From positions 1 through 59,380 of IMG/VR virus record IMGVR_UViG_3300049982_000026: a stretch of 59,380 bases of DNA. One strand, 5' to 3'. This document shows, piece after piece, positions 54,172 to 59,380 of this stretch. The first letter of the stretch is position 1. Every line of letters starts with the position of its first letter. Made by a program: the position numbers and the translations under genes. This DNA is from a virus (Duplodnaviria > Caudoviricetes). The notes under the pieces are model-generated. The model made no database searches. It saw nothing but the letters and a program-made list of their open reading frames with translations, and was not told the origin of the DNA.

Positions 54172-55064
54172 TGGCCACTCTTCTGGAGGACCACCAGTTC
54201 GAGATCCTGAGGGAGGACGCCGACACCGGCGTTCCCTTCGGGATTGGCCTCGACGTGTCGTGCGATGCCAGCGGCTTCGACCCGGGAGCGAACGACTGGC
54301 TGGTCCAGGACCAGGAGGATCCCTTCTCCGGCGCCACGCGCATGGGTCGCGACGTCCGGACCGGGTCCACCTTCACCTGGGCGCTGCACGTCAACACGAC
54401 CACGGAGAACGAGGCGCTGGACGCTCTCGACGCGCTGGCGGACGCCTGGACGCCGGACGACCTGGACGGTGGCGAGGCTATGATCCTCCGCTACAAGGTC
54501 GGTGGCCGGGTGCGTCGTGTCTACGGCCGGCCGCGTCGCTTCGCTCAGGCCCCGGACAACCGGATCCTCGGCGGCATGATCCCGGTCACGGCTGACTTCA
54601 AGCGCGTCGACCCGATGTTCTACGACGACAGCCCGGAGAGCACCGTGCTGGGAATGGCGTACGCCTCCGCTGGTGGCTTCGTCTTCCCGGTCACCTTCCC
54701 GGTCCTGACGCAGCCGGGCGGCTTCCAGAACGGATCGGTGTTCGTCTCCGGCCGCCGGAAGACCTGGCCGATCATCCGCATCGACGGCCCGGTGGTCAAC
54801 CCGCAGATCATGACCGACAACTGGACCATCGAGACGACGCTGACCCTGAACGAGGGCCACTACGTCGAGATCGACACCCGGCCCTGGAAGCGGACGATCA
54901 CCCTGGACGGCACCAGTGCCATCCCCGGCGCCCTGAACGCCAAGACCCGGCTCCGCGACCTGTTCCTCATGCCGGGCGCGCAGGCCTTCGGCTTCCGGGG
55001 GATTTCCGGAACGGGCACTGCAACCTGTACGATTAGCTGGTACCCCGCATACCCAAGTCTCTGA
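54171..55064 (+). CDS. Distal tail protein (minor tail)
   Basis: Follows the tape measure gene; RRVYGRPRR...DPMFY...WPIIRIDGPVVNP...IDTRPW. Confidence 0.8.
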   Translation: MATLLEDHQFEILREDADTGVPFGIGLDVSCDASGFDPGANDWLVQDQEDPFSGATRMGRDVRTGSTFTWALHVNTTTENEALDALDALADAWTPDDLDGGEAMILRYKVGGRVRRVYGRPRRFAQAPDNRILGGMIPVTADFKRVDPMFYDDSPESTVLGMAYASAGGFVFPVTFPVLTQPGGFQNGSVFVSGRRKTWPIIRIDGPVVNPQIMTDNWTIETTLTLNEGHYVEIDTRPWKRTITLDGTSAIPGALNAKTRLRDLFLMPGAQAFGFRGISGTGTATCTISWYPAYPSL

Positions 55065-55074
55065 TGGAGGAATC

Positions 55075-56112
55075 GTGGCTCTGACTTCGGCACCATGGGC
55101 GATCGACGGCGCTCGCACTCCGTCGAGTGTGGCCCGGCTCGCCGCGCGTGCTGCCGTGAAGGAGTCCGGCATCATCAACCCCGGCGACATGAAGGTCCTG
55201 CAGCTCTCCACGCCCGGCGACGGTGTGCGGATCAGCTCGGGCGGCGCCGTCCTCGAGAACCGCTACGAGATGGACGTCAACCAGGCGTACGTCGTCGAGG
55301 CCATCTCCGAGGAGATCCTGGGCGCCGACGACAACTTCTCGTCCATCCTCGGCCAGGGCACCACGAAGTCGCACCTCATTTGTGTGACCGTAGGCGACCC
55401 GCAGTACTCCACCTCCGGTCATCCCTGGTTCACCGAGGCGATGAAGCTCGACCTGGTGGCCAACCCCGAGAACGCGCTGGACTTCCAGTACGTCCGGGCA
55501 TGGGTGATCAAGGACGTACCCGCCGGCACCGTGCGCGTCGAGGACCTCACCTCGCCGCCGACCTACCCGGCGTACGCGCTGGCCCGGATCGACGTCCCCA
55601 ACGGCTCCGGCTCGATCACCTCGGGCATGATCGTCGACCTCCGGAACGTGGTCAACGCGCGCGGCAAGACGGTGCAGTGGTCGGTCCCGATCTCCACCCC
55701 GGACACGCTGAGCGTCGCGTCGGCGTTCACGTACGAGACCTGGCCGGACAACTCCGAGTCCTCGGTCTACGTGCCGAAGTGGGCGACCAAGGTCTACGTC
55801 AATGCGTTCATCTACGGGTTCACGCAGGGTTCCAACGTCCAGGCTGACGCTCCGGCCCGCGTCGCCCTGCGGAAGTCGGACGGCACCTTCGTGGCCGCGA
55901 CGCCCCAGTCGGTCTACTACGAGAACGTGCTCGGCACGAACAAGCAGATCCAGATCGCCGGTTCCATCGCGATCCCGCTGGCGCAGCGTGGCACGACCTG
56001 CAAGTTCTCCACCGAGGCCTCCCTGGCCAACACGTCGATGAACACCCTGCTGGCCACCACCACGCGGACCCAGGTCGGCATCACCCTGAGGTTCGTCGAA
56101 GAGGCGGTGTGA
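55075..56112 (+). CDS. Minor tail protein
   Basis: PWAIDGA...GDMKV...LARIDVP...ITSGMIVDLR. Confidence 0.8.
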   Translation: MALTSAPWAIDGARTPSSVARLAARAAVKESGIINPGDMKVLQLSTPGDGVRISSGGAVLENRYEMDVNQAYVVEAISEEILGADDNFSSILGQGTTKSHLICVTVGDPQYSTSGHPWFTEAMKLDLVANPENALDFQYVRAWVIKDVPAGTVRVEDLTSPPTYPAYALARIDVPNGSGSITSGMIVDLRNVVNARGKTVQWSVPISTPDTLSVASAFTYETWPDNSESSVYVPKWATKVYVNAFIYGFTQGSNVQADAPARVALRKSDGTFVAATPQSVYYENVLGTNKQIQIAGSIAIPLAQRGTTCKFSTEASLANTSMNTLLATTTRTQVGITLRFVEEAV

Positions 56113-56113
56113 T

Positions 56114-57238
56114 GTGTCAGGCGACTGGCGCTACATCCTGCAGGCGATCGATGGCTCCGGCAACCCCGGGGCCATCCTCCATCCCGACCTTCCCCTGACC
56201 GGAGTCTCCGTCACTACGGCCGTCAACGCGACGGACGAGATGAGCGGTGTCATTACCCCGTTTTCACGGGCCATCAAGGACTCCCTGGTCGAGTGGGGCG
56301 CCTGCATCTGGGCTGAGGCGGCCGGGAAGATTCGCGGCGGCGGCATCCTCGTCCACAAGGAGACCACCGGCGCCGCGATCAAGCTGGAGACCATGGGCCT
56401 GCACGGCTACGCCTACGGGCTGCCGTACACCTCCGGGACCAGCTACAACGGTGTGGAGGTTGACCCGCTCGACGTCTACCGGATCATCTGGGCGTACATC
56501 CAGAGCGCCACCGGTGGCAACGTCGGGCTGCAGATCCCCAACCTCAAGACCGGCCTGAAGATCGGTGTGGAGCTCGCTCAGGGTGAGTTCGACACCGAGG
56601 AGGGCCCGATCAGCTTCGAGTCTGGCCCGTACCAGCTCAACTTCTGGGACACGCACGACCTGGGCAAGGCGATCGACGACCTGGCCGCCGACACTCCGTT
56701 CGAGTTCCGGGAGATCAGCGAGTGGAACGGCGACGTCATCGCCCACCGCATGGAGCTCGCGTACCCCCGTTTCAACGTGCAGCGCAAGGACCTCCGCTTC
56801 GTCGTCGGTGAGAACGTCATCATCCAGCCGACCGTCGAGTCCAAGGGCGACGAGTACGCGAACGAAATCGAGCTCCTGGGCGCCGGCGAGGGGCGCACTA
56901 TGGTCCGTGGCTCGGCTAGTCTGCCGCGCGGGAACCGTCTGCGTCGCGTGGTGGTCGTCGAGGACAAGACGATCAAGTCGATGACGGTAGCCAACACCCG
57001 AGCGTACAACCTGCTCAAGGCGCGCGTCGAGATCGGCGACCTCACCGAGTTCACCGTGCTGGACCACCCGCTGGCTCCGATAGGCTCCGTCCGGCCGGGC
57101 GACGAGGTCTTCATCTCGCTCGACTACGACTGGCAGGAGGGCGAGGGCTTCTGGGTCCGCGTCCAGTCGATCCAGTACTCGCCGGACGAAGGCAACAACT
57201 ACGTGCTCACGGTCATCCGGTCCGACAAGGTAGCATAA
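56114..57238 (+). CDS. Minor tail/baseplate hub protein
   Basis: VDPLDVYRIIW...DLRFVVGENV...YANE..LLGAGEG. Confidence 0.8.
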   Translation: MSGDWRYILQAIDGSGNPGAILHPDLPLTGVSVTTAVNATDEMSGVITPFSRAIKDSLVEWGACIWAEAAGKIRGGGILVHKETTGAAIKLETMGLHGYAYGLPYTSGTSYNGVEVDPLDVYRIIWAYIQSATGGNVGLQIPNLKTGLKIGVELAQGEFDTEEGPISFESGPYQLNFWDTHDLGKAIDDLAADTPFEFREISEWNGDVIAHRMELAYPRFNVQRKDLRFVVGENVIIQPTVESKGDEYANEIELLGAGEGRTMVRGSASLPRGNRLRRVVVVEDKTIKSMTVANTRAYNLLKARVEIGDLTEFTVLDHPLAPIGSVRPGDEVFISLDYDWQEGEGFWVRVQSIQYSPDEGNNYVLTVIRSDKVA

Positions 57239-57242
57239 GGCC

Positions 57243-59366
57243 ATGCCCGCTAACTCACTGCGCGACCTCGCCAAGCAGGTCTACGACCTCGATCGTCGCG
57301 TCCGCGCGAAGGGGTCGACGAGCCAGCTTGCCCACTCCTCCATCGAGGACGGGGCTCTGCAGGCGTACGACCGCACCGGCACGCAGACGATGGCGATCGG
57401 CAAGCAGTGGGACGGCACGTACGCGCCCACGGTGACCAACGGCCCGATCCCGCCGACGCCGACCGGGCTCACGGTCCAGGACGCGACTGAGGGACTCATC
57501 ATCGGCTGGGACGGCACCTTCGCTGGTGGCCTGATCCCGGCGCCGATGGACTTCCTGCGGGTCGACGCGCACGTGGGTGCCAGCTCGGACTTCATCCCCG
57601 ACCACACCAACCGGCGTGCGACCTTCGTGTCCCCGCAGGGCGGCTTCGCCAGCGTGACCGTGCCGTACGGAACCTACTTCGTCAAGCTGGTGTGCTGGAC
57701 CTTCGCTGGCCGCGTCTCCCTGGCCTCGGACCCGGTCGAGGGTGACTCCTGGCCGGTCGAGGTGAGTTCGGACGGCTTCCCGCCCGCGAGCTCCCCGGCG
57801 GTCGAGCTGATCGGCGGCTACGAGATCCTCCTGGCGCGCTGGTCCGCGATCATCAACGCGGACCCGGTCACCTACAAGGTCTACATCGGCACCTCGGCTG
57901 GCTTCACCAAGGACGCCACCACGCTGGCTGGCATCACCAATGGCACCCAGTTCACGATCAAGGCGCTGCCCGGCACGCCGCCGGCAAACCCTGGCGACCC
58001 GGACCCGCGCAAGCTGCAGTACGACGTCGACTACTACGTGGCTATCGAGGCCACCGATGACGACGGGGCCGCACCGGTCGGCGCTGAGTCGGTCTCGCAG
58101 ATCTTCAAGATCACCGGTGGCGCAATCCAGGATGGAACGATCGTCGGCCAGAACATCGTCGGCGGCACGATCACCGGGGACCTGCTGGCCGGTTCCATCG
58201 TGCTCTCGAGCGCCTTCTGGACCGCGCTGACCGGACAGCGAGCTGGCTTCACGCCGGACGGCTTCTTCGCGTACAAGTCGGACGACAGCCTGATGTTCAA
58301 GCTTCCGACCGACGGCTCGAACGCGCTGTACGACGGCGAGCTCGTCGTACGCGGCGCCACCATCCTCGGCGGCATGTCGATCCAGTCGGACGAGAACGAG
58401 CTGACCGCCGACGGCAAGCTGACCCTGATGCGTGGCATCGTCTCGCCGACCGCGAGTCCGCAGCTCTCCAACACCTACGACTACGTCACGCCCAGCACTG
58501 CCTCGCTGACGACGGCGCAGAAGACGAACAACGACCCGGACTGGGGTCTCGGTGCGGCGTTCGACCTGAACCCCGGCCAGGTCACGCACATGGAGTGGCG
58601 CTCGGCGCTAGGCTTCTGGTCGGTCTACCAGATCCGTACCAACGGAACGCGCGAGTGGTACATCAACCCCGACGGCACGCCGCACGACCTGACCGGCGGA
58701 GGCGTCTACTACTCCGACTTCAAGGACTGGGAGGTCTGGTCGGCTACCGAGCTCCTGAGCTCGAGCATCCCGGCGCAGAACGGTCACTACCTGATGTTCC
58801 GGTTCATGCCGTCTGGCGACGACTACTGGGTGTCTGCGCCGACCGGCCTGTTCCGCTACTCCCGCCAGAACGGCTCTCTGCCACCCGCGCTGACGAACGA
58901 CGGCGTCGACATGATGGTGGCGGAGACGATCAGCGGTGGGATCCTCCGCGTCCGGACCTACCGGCCAACGGGGTCCAGTGGCGTCATGCCTGCCCCGCTC
59001 GTCGCTCACGAGTCGTCGGCCGGCTACAACTCCAGCCTGGGCATCTGCGCCCTGCAGTACAGCGCGACCCGGTTCGACTTCGGCACCTCGGCTGGATTCC
59101 TGACGGCCGAGCGTGGCGTGAGTAACCCGGCTCGCGTGGTCTACTTCTCCGGCACGAACGCCAACTCCATCTTCCCGCACGGAACTACCGTCGGCACTGG
59201 TTGGTCCTCGGCGAACAAGGAGGCCGGGTCCTTCGAGGCGCCGTCCACCAACCGGCGAGCCTGCGGCTGGGACGGCACGAACTTCTTCTCGTACCACAAC
59301 GACGGGAAGCTCTACAAGCACACCAGCACGGCCTGGGATCCGGCGGTTACGTCGTCCAAGGTCTGA
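57243..59366 (+). CDS. Tail fibre/host-specificity protein, N-terminal part (about 1056 aa in total when joined to 1-1174)
   Basis: FN3-like segments; the stop at 59364-59366 lies in the overlap, where copy 1 reads TGG. Confidence 0.88.
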   Translation: MPANSLRDLAKQVYDLDRRVRAKGSTSQLAHSSIEDGALQAYDRTGTQTMAIGKQWDGTYAPTVTNGPIPPTPTGLTVQDATEGLIIGWDGTFAGGLIPAPMDFLRVDAHVGASSDFIPDHTNRRATFVSPQGGFASVTVPYGTYFVKLVCWTFAGRVSLASDPVEGDSWPVEVSSDGFPPASSPAVELIGGYEILLARWSAIINADPVTYKVYIGTSAGFTKDATTLAGITNGTQFTIKALPGTPPANPGDPDPRKLQYDVDYYVAIEATDDDGAAPVGAESVSQIFKITGGAIQDGTIVGQNIVGGTITGDLLAGSIVLSSAFWTALTGQRAGFTPDGFFAYKSDDSLMFKLPTDGSNALYDGELVVRGATILGGMSIQSDENELTADGKLTLMRGIVSPTASPQLSNTYDYVTPSTASLTTAQKTNNDPDWGLGAAFDLNPGQVTHMEWRSALGFWSVYQIRTNGTREWYINPDGTPHDLTGGGVYYSDFKDWEVWSATELLSSSIPAQNGHYLMFRFMPSGDDYWVSAPTGLFRYSRQNGSLPPALTNDGVDMMVAETISGGILRVRTYRPTGSSGVMPAPLVAHESSAGYNSSLGICALQYSATRFDFGTSAGFLTAERGVSNPARVVYFSGTNANSIFPHGTTVGTGWSSANKEAGSFEAPSTNRRACGWDGTNFFSYHNDGKLYKHTSTAWDPAVTSSKV

Positions 59367-59380
59367 AGCCAGCTCACGTT
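59240..59380. repeat. Terminal direct repeat, copy 2
   Basis: Matches 1-141 with one mismatch. Confidence 0.97.

Noticed and set aside
59240-59380. Biological terminal repeat
   Set aside because: 141 nt equals a common assembler k-mer length and falls mid-gene; the terminase type suggests cohesive ends elsewhere

Overview
This looks like a complete, circularly assembled genome (about 59.24 kb; bases 1-141 repeat at 59240-59380) of a GC-rich actinobacterial siphovirus with a mycobacteriophage-L5-type terminase. I see no integrase, immunity repressor or family A/B DNA polymerase. Starting from the probable physical end near 31.2 kb, the layout is: iteron-rich origin, primase-helicase and HTH gene (minus strand), DinG helicase, terminase, accessory virion genes, portal, capsid and tail genes, a tail fibre crossing the contig join, and a lysis cassette (plus strand). 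A long minus-strand early arm (30.7 kb down to 4.8 kb) carries many small genes, nucleotide-metabolism and recombination genes and a 1.1-kb ncRNA locus. Main observations: (1) an endolysin locus with an internal start and a CCCAAAA -1 slippery site that could give up to four products, some fused to a lytic transglycosylase domain; (2) a tRNA operon with a 79-nt tmRNA-like tRNA domain lacking any mRNA domain, an elongated tRNA-like RNA, and Asn/fMet tRNAs with non-canonical anticodon loops; (3) a dispersed GTTTNMAC motif. All calls come from reading the sequence by eye; no database searches or folding programs were run.
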